Origin: an uncultured virus (IMG/VR IMGVR_UViG_3300042975_000104) | Taxonomy: Duplodnaviria; Heunggongvirae; Uroviricota; Caudoviricetes | Virus record (IMG/VR): IMGVR_UViG_3300042975_000104 | DNA: 64,000 nucleotides | Reading direction: 5' to 3' (one strand) | Part shown: positions 18,460 through 27,589 of the stretch, piece after piece | Layout: each line of letters starts with the position of its first letter | Numbering within the stretch: position 1 is the stretch's first letter | Notes under the pieces: generated by a model | What the model saw: the letters and a program-made list of their open reading frames with translations, nothing else | What the model was told of the DNA's origin: nothing | Databases searched by the model: none | Made by a program: the position numbers and the translations under genes

Positions 18460-20694
18460 TCACTGCTCATACATATGTGGATTGACGAGATATGTCTGTG
18501 CAGGAGGCCTTCCTTTTCCCGAATAGTTTTTATGTTCCTTCGGTGCAATATAGCCGTAATCCACCAGTTGTGTTAAGACCGGCTGCACATCCTCTGCTTT
18601 CTTGAAATTGCGGCAGAGCCTCATAAGGTCCCTGCGTGTAAATTCCGTCATCCCATTTTTCGTTACCACATCCATCACCTTCTTGCTTTGGCTGATAACC
18701 GGGTCAGCACCCATCAGCATAAAAGCCGCCCTTGCGTGTTCTATAAAATATTCTCCGATCCGGATGCTGTTTCTCATGGTTTCCCCGTCCACCACAAGTG
18801 GATCCGGAACAACTAAAAAGTCATGGTTCCTGTATGTGGATGCCCGGCACAACAGGGCTGCGATACGCTGAATGTTGCCTACCAGCTTTCCTGCCCAGTC
18901 CACAATGTCTGCGTAGGTTCTGTTTAACTCAGGCTCCAGCCTTTCGGCAAAGGCTTCTATCAGCGCATCTGCCTCCTGCGATAAGGTGATGATTTCTTCC
19001 CCTCTTTCACATTCATCCTCCAGCAGATTCCGGATGCACTGCTCATATTCCCGGTACACCTCATCAGGAACAGATGCTGAACGGTATTTTCGTTTCCCTA
19101 CAAAGGATGCCGGGATACAGTATAAAAACCGTGCTGTCAGTCCCCGCCCCCGGAAGACGCCGTTCTGCATCAGGCCGGAAAGGACGCTTGGTTGTACCAT
19201 AAGCAGCACCGTCAGTGCCGGGTTCATGATGCTTTCACTGTTCCTGCCGATACGGTCCACCCGGATGCTGTCCCCGGAGTAGCCTTTCAGCATAACGTCA
19301 ATATTGACGGTTTTGGAATACGCTCCCGCGAGAGTATCAAATATCCCACCTTCCGTGGATAGAATTGCCGCCCGTCCGTTATTATCCGCCAATACAGACG
19401 TCAGCTTTTCTGTGGTAATATCATCCACATACAGCTTCATCGGCTTCATTTCCTTATATCCGGCAATCTCCTCTGCCATTCTTCGGACTGCTTGTGCATC
19501 CGCTTTTCCCTTGGATGCCTGATCCTCCAGCACTTTCTGCCTGCGTTCCAGTATCCGTTTCTGCATTTTGCTGGCTTCGATTGCCGCTGCATTCTGCACA
19601 TTCCGCTCTGACTCATATACATTCAATGGCCGTATCATGGCATTTTCGACCGCAGATTTACGCTCGGACGGATTCATGACATTCAGCACAAAAATATTGA
19701 CAGGTTCTATCCAGTCCGGCTTTGCCCTGATTTTGAATTTCCCCTGCATGCATACGGACAGGATTGCAATGGCTGCGGTAGCCGCCATATCAACCGGTGT
19801 CTGTGTGCTTTCCGAGAGTGCCGCCACATAATCACCGACCGCCTTTGGCAGGGCATCCAACGGGAAAGGCGGCAGATGGTACTCATCAAAAGGAATGGGC
19901 ATCTCCCACTCCGGTTCTTTGTTGTACTCCTCCGGTGCAATATACCCATCCTGCTTTGCCAAATCCCTGCCAAATTTCAAGGCACTGTCCCATATGCTAT
20001 CCAGTTCTTCCCGCGCTAACGGCGGCGTACACCTTTTTGATTTCTCGATGAAAATACGACGTGCTTCCTCTGTGCAGCCATACCGCTTGACAACTTTTCC
20101 CGCAAACCAACTCATGCTTTTATTACGGGAACCTTCTGTAATAGTTTCCTTATCAAAATCGCATAAAGATTTCTCGTCTAAAAATTCATCTATAGTCTTA
20201 CTTCCTTCATGCCATATCACATCCACCGGCTGACAGCCATACATAAACCGTGCCGCATCTGTCGCCCCCTTATCAAAGAAGGGTGCCGCCGCATATATAC
20301 GTTTTTTTAATGTTGAACAATCTTCCGCACTGGCAGTTGGTTGATGAGGAAAATATACATGATGCCGCGGCCTTGCCGACTTTTTCCCTTTCACCTTTCC
20401 GTCATGGCGGCTCGGGACAACAATAAAAGAAACATCCGGGAAAACACTTAGATACATGTCAGGATATATCCAGTCTTTGGGATGATCCGAGTGATCGTTG
20501 TCACAGTCCATGACATCTACGTTCCCTGCAATATAATCAGCATTGGAGCGATGGAAATTTTTATATTCCGCACTGACATGATCCCGGCAGATGGCGGTCT
20601 TAAAGTCTTCTTCATTTGTAATGTCAGCTTTATTCGGGTAGATGCTGTTTTTTGCATTGCCCGCACAATTTGCCGTATATAACGTGAACTTCAT
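18460..20694 (-). CDS. Primase/helicase-type replication protein (PriCT + DUF3987/YfjI)
   Basis: N-terminal DCDNDH...RHHVYFP, EGSRN...PPL, PSERKS, RGRGLTARF. Confidence 0.85.
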   Translation of the reverse strand: MKFTLYTANCAGNAKNSIYPNKADITNEEDFKTAICRDHVSAEYKNFHRSNADYIAGNVDVMDCDNDHSDHPKDWIYPDMYLSVFPDVSFIVVPSRHDGKVKGKKSARPRHHVYFPHQPTASAEDCSTLKKRIYAAAPFFDKGATDAARFMYGCQPVDVIWHEGSKTIDEFLDEKSLCDFDKETITEGSRNKSMSWFAGKVVKRYGCTEEARRIFIEKSKRCTPPLAREELDSIWDSALKFGRDLAKQDGYIAPEEYNKEPEWEMPIPFDEYHLPPFPLDALPKAVGDYVAALSESTQTPVDMAATAAIAILSVCMQGKFKIRAKPDWIEPVNIFVLNVMNPSERKSAVENAMIRPLNVYESERNVQNAAAIEASKMQKRILERRQKVLEDQASKGKADAQAVRRMAEEIAGYKEMKPMKLYVDDITTEKLTSVLADNNGRAAILSTEGGIFDTLAGAYSKTVNIDVMLKGYSGDSIRVDRIGRNSESIMNPALTVLLMVQPSVLSGLMQNGVFRGRGLTARFLYCIPASFVGKRKYRSASVPDEVYREYEQCIRNLLEDECERGEEIITLSQEADALIEAFAERLEPELNRTYADIVDWAGKLVGNIQRIAALLCRASTYRNHDFLVVPDPLVVDGETMRNSIRIGEYFIEHARAAFMLMGADPVISQSKKVMDVVTKNGMTEFTRRDLMRLCRNFKKAEDVQPVLTQLVDYGYIAPKEHKNYSGKGRPPAQTYLVNPHMYEQ

Positions 20695-21119
20695 CTGACC
20701 GTCTCCTTCAAATCGCTGCCAAAGTAGCGCAAGTGATAATTCTTTCTTTTGGCTCTCCTGATTTCAGCATCCATTCCGACTGATATGATGTCTCCAAATA
20801 CCCACACCTCACTGCAGTGGCTCATCAGTACATTGCCAAAGTGCAGTCCCAGTTCACGTTCCGTTATGTTGGTATCATCAAGGAACTGCGGAAACAGCAA
20901 ATGCGGGGCGATAGGGATATACCCCTGCTCCACAGCAAAACGGCTGTATCGTCTTGCATTGGTAATGTTCCCGGACACATCCCCTGAAAACGGGGAGCAT
21001 ACATAGATCATGGGTCGGTATGCTCTTGCCGCCTTCACTTCCTGCTCGATATGGGATAAGGCTCCGTAGGTGGTCGGATCCGGATATCCTTCACTGTTAC
21101 GCCTGCTCACACCCACCAT
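20691..21119 (-). CDS. DUF4406-like (nucleoside deoxyribosyltransferase fold) protein
   Basis: YVCSPFSGD, PIAPHLLFPQF, CSEVWVFG, GMDAEI. Confidence 0.8.
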   Translation of the reverse strand: MVGVSRRNSEGYPDPTTYGALSHIEQEVKAARAYRPMIYVCSPFSGDVSGNITNARRYSRFAVEQGYIPIAPHLLFPQFLDDTNITERELGLHFGNVLMSHCSEVWVFGDIISVGMDAEIRRAKRKNYHLRYFGSDLKETVR

Positions 21120-21321
21120 GTTTACCTCCCGCCAGCTTTTTGCTGCAGCTGTCACACAATACCGATGTACCGAAAAGGTCAACCTTGCCATCGACAAATA
21201 CCTCTGCCAGATCCACCTGTACCTCCGAGCCGCAGTGCGGGCAGCGGCAGAATACATTCTCATCATTGATTTCAATGGAAATCCCTACCGTATCATTCAG
21301 TTGTTCCTTTACATAAAACAT
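21097..21321 (-). CDS. Small zinc-binding hypothetical protein
   Basis: CPHCG...CDSC; coupled to neighbours. Confidence 0.7.
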   Translation of the reverse strand: MFYVKEQLNDTVGISIEINDENVFCRCPHCGSEVQVDLAEVFVDGKVDLFGTSVLCDSCSKKLAGGKHGGCEQA

Positions 21322-21989
21322 ATTATCGGCCCCCCCTCTAATTTTGTTTTGTACCATTCCAAATGTCGTTTACGGTCTTCATAATTGGAAAAAGCTACGA
21401 GCAGTCCCACATCAACCTTTTGCAATGTTTCCAACATATCAATTTGGTCTTTAGACAGATAGGGCCTGATACTTTTCCCTTTTTCAATACCATTGGCAAT
21501 CCTGAACTGCTTGGCTGTCATACCCAGCACGATACGGTTTAACATATTGCATTCGTTGCTGAAGTGATACGGTTTCGGGTTCTCATGAAGCAGCTTGATA
21601 TTTTCTGTAAGAAGCGGAAACTCCTGTCTTGCCGATACCAGTGTCTGAATGAATTTTTCCATTTCGTTGAAACGCCTGATATACAGTTCCTTGAAATGTG
21701 CTGCTTTTTTCCCTGTAAATCCCATGCCAAGTGCTGTGAATCCATCCCGCGTAATTGCATACCGGCGCTGCTTTCTATTCCACTGATCGGTGTACGTGGT
21801 TGGCACAAAATTGTGCCGACCAAATTCTGCACTAAATCCGGAATCCGGTGAAAGTATCGCGTCAATGTTACGCAGTACCGTTTTGTGCTTCTTCTCAAAA
21901 AATTCAGAAACATATAGGCTGTCCACCCTTGCTGTATCATGGGTGTCGGCAAAAATGCCGTATTGGTCTTTCGGTATTAATTCCTTCAT
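21309..21989 (-). CDS. Rha-family phage regulatory protein
   Basis: FEKKHKTVLRNI, TRDGFTALGMGFTGKKA...YIRRFNEME. Confidence 0.92.
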   Translation of the reverse strand: MKELIPKDQYGIFADTHDTARVDSLYVSEFFEKKHKTVLRNIDAILSPDSGFSAEFGRHNFVPTTYTDQWNRKQRRYAITRDGFTALGMGFTGKKAAHFKELYIRRFNEMEKFIQTLVSARQEFPLLTENIKLLHENPKPYHFSNECNMLNRIVLGMTAKQFRIANGIEKGKSIRPYLSKDQIDMLETLQKVDVGLLVAFSNYEDRKRHLEWYKTKLEGGPIICFM

Positions 21990-22007
21990 AAAAATACCGC
22001 CTTTCCT

Positions 22008-22064
22008 AAAAGTAGGGTTTTGCCCTCTGATAGTGAAAGGACAAAACCCTACTTTTTAAGAACC
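22008..22064 (-). promoter_or_regulatory. 15-bp inverted repeat after the polymerase gene overlapping bipartite motif copy 2
   Basis: AAAAGTAGGGTTTTG (22008-22022) / CAAAACCCTACTTTT (22042-22056); motif at 22032-22064. Confidence 0.65.
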
Positions 22065-22070
22065 GTATTT

Positions 22071-24989
22071 TTAATCTTTTTTGTAGAAACTGCATTCATA
22101 CCCGTCTGCACGAAGGAGAAGTCCGTTGATCCATGGCGGCGTTCTGCCCATCTGCTTACATATAGCATCAAGGGATACATCCATATCACATTCCATGATC
22201 AGTTCATCATGGACATGCCCACAGATAAAATAGTGGGATAACGTACGCATGGCATAGGCAAGAATATCCCGGCTGATGGCTTGAACAATATTTTCCACGA
22301 ACTTTGGGCCGTAGCTTTCAATCCGTTCCCATTTTTTGGTGCCGCCAACGCCCTCATAGGTAACGGCTTCGCCGCCGAAACGGTTCTCTCCCATACGCGG
22401 TTTCACATAGGACAGACGCCTACCGCTTGGCAACTGGATAAACAGCATCCCACTCTGATAGACAAAACGAATACCATGTGTTTCAGTCGACATATGCCGC
22501 TGGACCGTATTTTTAACACACCTGTCCACGTCCCACCAAAACTGTACGATATTCGGATTGGCTGCCCGCCATGAATCCACCAACGGCTGAAGTTCTTCCT
22601 CCGCAAGGCCCATATCGAGTGCCCCCATTGCTTTTAAAGCGCCTGTCGAACCCCCGTATCCACAGTTGTGGACGAGTTTCCCCGATACGGTAAAACGATG
22701 ATGCTGTCCGGCATTTCGTATGTCATAAAGTCGAGTCGTGCGCGTATTAGATGCCAGTTCTTTCTCTTTTCGAACACTGCAAGTTCTGCTGACGCAATAA
22801 TCTCGTCCCGACTCATCCCCTGAGTAAGCTTTCTTGTGACTACACTTCTTGCATATGGCCAATATTGCTGCTCGAATTTTGTCAATACCGTTCTCCGTTG
22901 ATTTATACAATTTTCTTGATGTGTCGCAAACCTCAGATTCCCCGGTTGATAGTGGCTGTTCGTATCGATTCGGTCTATCTCCATTTCTCGCCCCGGGAGT
23001 CCAAAATTCTTTATCATATACAGACCTGCTTCTGTTACACTTACAAAATTGAAACGTATTCCTCTCGCGCCATAATTGTGAAATCCTCTGTCCGATGGAT
23101 TTTCGCAGCGTTGTTTCGCTGCTGTCAATCGGCGATCCAACCACAAAGGAATTTTCCGTTTCTGTGAACATTGTTGACACCCTTTTGACCTTCCACTTCT
23201 TAGGTTTTCCAATTCTTGCCATTGTGTAGAGTGGCAGCCTTGGCATTCCGTTAACACATAGCAATGATTCATCGCCTTGTTCCATCGTTTTTCCGCCGAT
23301 ATTATTTTCACCCAGCCGAATTGTCTGCCTACCATTCCCGGTTTGTAGGAGATGTGCGCCGCAGGTGGCGGCGATTCCAAACTGTACGGGCTGCGATTTC
23401 CCTTCGACCCATACAAAGTGGTCTGCTGTTGCTCTAAGTCCATCGTACTCAATAACCTCTCTTTCTCCCTTATAGATAACACCATCATGCTGTACCCAAT
23501 TTTCTCCATCCCATAGCAATTGGTTTTTTGTGACATCCTCAATCGGCACAAGACCTTGATTTGTCAGAACGAGTTCTCCTTCTGCAATACAGGCCAATTC
23601 CGCTATCTTTCCTTTTTGCCTGAGATGCCCGTTCACACCGTGCTTTTCTACAGGCACACCAAACATCTTACTTGCAGTCGAGCAATAAATATCTTCGCCT
23701 TCCTCAAATGCTTTTGATTTCCATTTTTCACCTGCCAGGAAAGACAGTACCCTTGCTTCGATAGCAGAAAAGTCCGCCACTACGAATTTCATGCCATCTC
23801 TTGGCACAAAGGCCGTGCGGATAAGCTGTGACAGCGTATCCGGGATATCGTCATATAACAGTTCCATGGCATCATAATCACTGCACTGTACCAGGCTGCG
23901 GGCCTGTTCCAAATCAGGCATATGGTTCTGGGGAAGATTTTGCAATTGAATCATTCTGCCCGCCCACCGGCCACTGCGATTAGCCCCGTAGAACTGAAAC
24001 ATTCCTCTGGCCCTGCCGTCCTCACAGGCTGCATGCTGCATTGCTTGATACTTTTTGACGGATGACTTGGCAAGCTGCTGACGAAGCAGCAGAACAGCAG
24101 CCAGTTCCTTTGGAGCAGTTTTCACAGCCTGCGCCACTTCCTTTTTTCCAAGGCTGTCCATTGCCATCCCATGATCTGCCAACCATTGCTTCATTTGCGC
24201 CACCGAGTTTGGATTCTCAAGGGTAGTCAATTCCTGCATTTTTTCTACCAGTGCAGCCTTGGATTTTGCATCAAACGCAATCGCATGGGTGACCATCTTC
24301 CTATCAAGGGCAATCCCACGGTCATTGATTTCTTGGTCGAGATGGTATTCGTCCCATACAAAATCCGGTACAGGATAGTTCTTCAGCCGATCCTGTATGG
24401 ACATTTCCACTTCAACATCACGCTTATTATAGAATTCAAACAGGTTCCACTTGTCGATAGCATGCTCCGGCAGATTGCGTGTTCTGCCGCCATTGACCTT
24501 GGTTGGTTTGCAGGGAATACAAAAATAGCGGATGAGATCTTTTCCTTCCTTTAATTTCTGCTCGTCCAATCCCAGCACCGCTCCCGTCCCAGCAAGGGAT
24601 AAGGGCAGTCCCATATATGCTGCCCATATCATGGAGCATTTCCATGCTGCCGGGTCCAAATAAGCACCGACCGTATCTTCGCTAATGCCATAGCTGTGAA
24701 ACTGCATCGGATAGTTTCGTTTCAGCCACATAGATAAGCAGACCCTCTCGAATGATGCATTAAATGCCCACTTGGTTATGGTATTATCCGTCAGCGCCAT
24801 AAGAATCTCCATCGGCAGTGTATCGCCCTGTGCCAGATCATATACCATGACGTCGCCACCGTTTACCGATACACCAAACAGCAGAACTTCAAAATTAGGG
24901 GATTGAGCATATTTATAGACCCCACACTTCTGCAAATTCACATCACTGTATGTTTCAATATCAATGGAAAGTGTTGTTATATTTCCCAT
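22071..24989 (-). CDS. Phage family A DNA polymerase precursor containing an intein
   Basis: Exonuclease DIETYS and AFNASFE, motif A ADFSAIEAR, motif B RQKGKIAELA/CGYG, motif C HVHDE. Confidence 0.95.
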   Translation of the reverse strand: MGNITTLSIDIETYSDVNLQKCGVYKYAQSPNFEVLLFGVSVNGGDVMVYDLAQGDTLPMEILMALTDNTITKWAFNASFERVCLSMWLKRNYPMQFHSYGISEDTVGAYLDPAAWKCSMIWAAYMGLPLSLAGTGAVLGLDEQKLKEGKDLIRYFCIPCKPTKVNGGRTRNLPEHAIDKWNLFEFYNKRDVEVEMSIQDRLKNYPVPDFVWDEYHLDQEINDRGIALDRKMVTHAIAFDAKSKAALVEKMQELTTLENPNSVAQMKQWLADHGMAMDSLGKKEVAQAVKTAPKELAAVLLLRQQLAKSSVKKYQAMQHAACEDGRARGMFQFYGANRSGRWAGRMIQLQNLPQNHMPDLEQARSLVQCSDYDAMELLYDDIPDTLSQLIRTAFVPRDGMKFVVADFSAIEARVLSFLAGEKWKSKAFEEGEDIYCSTASKMFGVPVEKHGVNGHLRQKGKIAELACIAEGELVLTNQGLVPIEDVTKNQLLWDGENWVQHDGVIYKGEREVIEYDGLRATADHFVWVEGKSQPVQFGIAATCGAHLLQTGNGRQTIRLGENNIGGKTMEQGDESLLCVNGMPRLPLYTMARIGKPKKWKVKRVSTMFTETENSFVVGSPIDSSETTLRKSIGQRISQLWRERNTFQFCKCNRSRSVYDKEFWTPGARNGDRPNRYEQPLSTGESEVCDTSRKLYKSTENGIDKIRAAILAICKKCSHKKAYSGDESGRDYCVSRTCSVRKEKELASNTRTTRLYDIRNAGQHHRFTVSGKLVHNCGYGGSTGALKAMGALDMGLAEEELQPLVDSWRAANPNIVQFWWDVDRCVKNTVQRHMSTETHGIRFVYQSGMLFIQLPSGRRLSYVKPRMGENRFGGEAVTYEGVGGTKKWERIESYGPKFVENIVQAISRDILAYAMRTLSHYFICGHVHDELIMECDMDVSLDAICKQMGRTPPWINGLLLRADGYECSFYKKD
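22634..23443 (-). CDS. HNH-type homing endonuclease overlapping the intein in the +1 frame (start uncertain: 23551, 23443 or 23335)
   Basis: GRQFG, CQGC, NLRSGRSKGCQQC, KQRCENP...NYGARGI, IDRID...YQPGNLRFAT..EN..N motifs of phage HNH endonucleases. Confidence 0.88.
   Translation of the reverse strand: MDLEQQQTTLYGSKGNRSPYSLESPPPAAHISYKPGMVGRQFGWVKIISAEKRWNKAMNHCYVLTECQGCHSTQWQELENLRSGRSKGCQQCSQKRKIPLWLDRRLTAAKQRCENPSDRGFHNYGARGIRFNFVSVTEAGLYMIKNFGLPGREMEIDRIDTNSHYQPGNLRFATHQENCINQRRTVLTKFEQQYWPYARSVVTRKLTQGMSRDEIIASAELAVFEKRKNWHLIRARLDFMTYEMPDSIIVLPYRGNSSTTVDTGVRQAL
22665..23591 (-). mobile_element. Intein, 309 aa, inserted in polymerase motif B
   Basis: Block A CIAEGELVLT, block B ATADH, block F LYDI...HRFTVSG, block G LVHN followed by extein Cys; removal restores KIAELA-CGYGG. 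Confidence 0.95.
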
Positions 24990-25054
24990 ATTGTCATCAT
25001 CCTTTATACAAGCAAGGCGGCGAAGTATTATCTCCACCGCCTGCCGTTCATTGA

Positions 25055-25213
25055 TTACGCTGCCTTGTCAGCAGACTCGTTTTCTCCACGTTTACGTTTC
25101 TTTTCCTTACGATTTTCAATAGCGTTTTGGACGAGAAGCACCACATCTGCAATGAGAGCTCCCAGCACCGCACCGAAACACACCGCAAGCATCATGCTTT
25201 GTACTGTTGTCAT
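25055..25213 (-). CDS. Small membrane protein (52 aa)
   Basis: MTTVQSMMLAVCFGAVLGALIADVVLLV hydrophobic helix plus basic tail; AGGAGG RBS. Confidence 0.65.
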   Translation of the reverse strand: MTTVQSMMLAVCFGAVLGALIADVVLLVQNAIENRKEKKRKRGENESADKAA

Positions 25214-25228
25214 ATTCCGTTTTCCTCC

Positions 25229-25795
25229 TTATGCTAGAAAATCATCATCAGCATCGGTTGCAAAATCGTCCTCGGCACGGCTTTTCCCGCCTAACGGTTC
25301 TCCGTCCTTAATCTTCTGCAGGTTATTCAAGCCGCAGGCGATACCCTTATTGCCATTAGAATTGAATGCATAGAAATTGATGGAAGCACGACCATACACG
25401 CCACTGTACACTTCACTGCGTTCGATAATAGGCTGACACCCTGCATCTACAATGCCAGGGGCGGATGCACTGTTGGCATTGATAAAGTAGCTGTTGGCAT
25501 AGGCTGCATCATCGGGTCGTTCTATATCTCCATTACGAAGCGGCGTCTTTAGAACAGAAAGCGCAGGTACGGTCTTGCCGTTGCCTTTCAGCTTGGATTC
25601 TCCTTCGTTATACGCTGCCTGGATAGCTGCCTTAATTTTGTTGACGGTTACGGTATCATTTTTTGGAATGATAAGGCTCACACTATATTTTGGTGTCCCG
25701 CCGTTGATGGATTTCGGATCCCACACATTGGCATACGACCAGCGCGTGTTGATACCGGTAATTACTTTTGTCAGATTCACATATTTTTTTGACAT
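25229..25795 (-). CDS. DUF2815 phage single-stranded DNA-binding protein
   Basis: KYSVSLIIPK, VYSGVYGRASI, GIACGLNNLQK, acidic DDDFLA tail. Confidence 0.92.
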   Translation of the reverse strand: MSKKYVNLTKVITGINTRWSYANVWDPKSINGGTPKYSVSLIIPKNDTVTVNKIKAAIQAAYNEGESKLKGNGKTVPALSVLKTPLRNGDIERPDDAAYANSYFINANSASAPGIVDAGCQPIIERSEVYSGVYGRASINFYAFNSNGNKGIACGLNNLQKIKDGEPLGGKSRAEDDFATDADDDFLA

Positions 25796-25796
25796 A

Positions 25797-26924
25797 TTAG
25801 TTGTCCTCCTTAAAATCGTTAGCTGCCGTATGTATAGCCGGACGTTTATCCGACATCGGCACTAAGGTTGGCTTGCCCTGCGGCTTTTCAATGAAACCCG
25901 AGAGCATGTCTTCAAATTTTGTTTTGCCGAGCAGTTTTGTCATAGCCGTAATGCCCAGCACCTTGTGCTCATACGGGTCAAATCCGGCTTTTTCAACAGT
26001 TTCCGCCACAGCATGTTCATTCACATATTTCCGGTTGGAACGTCCCTCGACAATTTTCCAGTCATGCCATTCCTTGCCGCTGACCGCCTGTTGCAACGCA
26101 TATTCCTTTACATCGCTGGCCCAGGATACCAGTGCATCTGCTTTGGAAAGAATAGCTTCTATCTCCTCATCTCCCAGAGTGGATGGCATTGCAAAATCAT
26201 ATCGGGCCAATTCCAGGTTATATTCTGCCCGCTTCCGGCAGGTAGCTTTTACATTGCAGAACCGGCAATGCTCCCCGGCCTTAAACTCACCTTTACCTTG
26301 AGCCGCCAGTTCTGCCGTCGGCTTCAGCGTATCGTCAGCCCAGGAGAGCAGTTCTTCCTTGGGGATGGTATAAGTGCTGATGTTTTCGCGGCGCGGCTGG
26401 AAGATAGTCATGGACACCTGTTTGATATCATAGATGCCATCAAATAAGTCCAGTGCACCGAGTGCATAACACATCAGTTGTGGATTCCGCTTCGCTTCTA
26501 CTAAAATTCCCACCCCAAACTTCATATCCGTAATCGAAAGCACTCCGTCTGCCACGATCACGCAGTCACCGGTACCAAAACCCTGCGGTACCCATCGAGA
26601 GAAATCCAGTCGCTGTTCAACCAGCACCATCGGGTCTTTACATTTTCCTTTTACCGCCGCAAGCTGCTCCATTACATACTGGACATACATATCCGCACAG
26701 TCTGCCATTTCCTCATTGAAGTACGTAAGATTTTCCGTGGGATCTGCTGACTTCTGCCCCAGTGCTGTTTTCAGCTTGTACTCACAAAGGCTGTGGGCAT
26801 CCGTTCCCTGTATTGCAAACTCACTGGTGGTATCGCCCGCTTTGGAACACAGCAAGGCCGAGGGTGGACATTGTAACCACCTATGACTGGATGAGGCTGA
26901 TAAGACTGCGTGTTTATCCGGCAT
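25797..26924 (-). CDS. DUF2800 PD-(D/E)XK nuclease
   Basis: HAVLSASSSHRWLQCPPS, GFGTGDC, NPQLMCYALG, HCRFC. Confidence 0.9.
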   Translation of the reverse strand: MPDKHAVLSASSSHRWLQCPPSALLCSKAGDTTSEFAIQGTDAHSLCEYKLKTALGQKSADPTENLTYFNEEMADCADMYVQYVMEQLAAVKGKCKDPMVLVEQRLDFSRWVPQGFGTGDCVIVADGVLSITDMKFGVGILVEAKRNPQLMCYALGALDLFDGIYDIKQVSMTIFQPRRENISTYTIPKEELLSWADDTLKPTAELAAQGKGEFKAGEHCRFCNVKATCRKRAEYNLELARYDFAMPSTLGDEEIEAILSKADALVSWASDVKEYALQQAVSGKEWHDWKIVEGRSNRKYVNEHAVAETVEKAGFDPYEHKVLGITAMTKLLGKTKFEDMLSGFIEKPQGKPTLVPMSDKRPAIHTAANDFKEDN

Positions 26925-27276
26925 TGCCAAGTACCTCCACTTCCGCAAGCAAGGCCTTGTATTCTACCGGGTTTACATCGGACAGCCTTCCCACACCATG
27001 TTGATTAATGATTGCCTTGACCTGTGCGGTATAGCCTTGGCGGGCCTTATCTGCACAAACAGCCCTGACATCTTCAAGCGTGAGTTCCTTTTCTTTCTGT
27101 ACTCCGGCTTTAGGATCCCTGACTGCTTTTTTCTTAACATCAGCCTTTTTTGCAGGCGATTTTTCTGCATCCGCACCGCTGAAAAAAACAGCCAGTTCGC
27201 CAGAAATACCGACCAATGTTTCACCACATTTTTTGAGCTCGTCAATGAACATGGATAATTCGTGTTCTTTTCCCAT
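26914..27276 (-). CDS. Conserved phage hypothetical protein
   Basis: LTLEDVRAVCADKARQG...LS.V....Y..LL motif typical upstream of DUF2800. Confidence 0.75.
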   Translation of the reverse strand: MGKEHELSMFIDELKKCGETLVGISGELAVFFSGADAEKSPAKKADVKKKAVRDPKAGVQKEKELTLEDVRAVCADKARQGYTAQVKAIINQHGVGRLSDVNPVEYKALLAEVEVLGNAG

Positions 27277-27442
27277 TGGGATTATCTCCTTTCCTCTTCA
27301 TTTTTTCAGTTGTACTGACTGCCGAAAACCGGTCAGCGATTCGCCGTGACACTACGCTGATTGCAATAAGCACGTCAGATAACTCACGATCAAGTTCCTG
27401 ACGACCATTTGCTTTTGTGCCTGATCTGCATCGGATTGTCAT
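27242..27442 (-). CDS. Small hypothetical protein
   Basis: ELSDVLIAISVVSRRIA; RBS and operon position. Confidence 0.55.
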   Translation of the reverse strand: MTIRCRSGTKANGRQELDRELSDVLIAISVVSRRIADRFSAVSTTEKMKRKGDNPNGKRTRIIHVH

Positions 27443-27485
27443 GTTTAACACCGTCCCTTCCGAGTGGCTTTTCTGCCCCTCTGTA

Positions 27486-27518
27486 AGTAAAAGGACATCT
27501 GCCGATATTTTAAGAACC
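27486..27518 (-). promoter_or_regulatory. Bipartite motif copy 3, heading the replication operon
   Basis: GGTTCTTAA-N12-TGTCCTTTTACT, arms identical to copy 1. Confidence 0.65.
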
Positions 27519-27589
27519 ATAATTGCTAAAAAATATAAAAACCTGTTCCATCACATACTGCCGTGGTGGAACAGGAAAGACATTACTTC

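Noticed and set aside
25797..26924. Cas4-like nuclease suggesting CRISPR
   Set aside because: It is the usual DUF2800 phage replication nuclease; no repeat-spacer array or other cas genes seen
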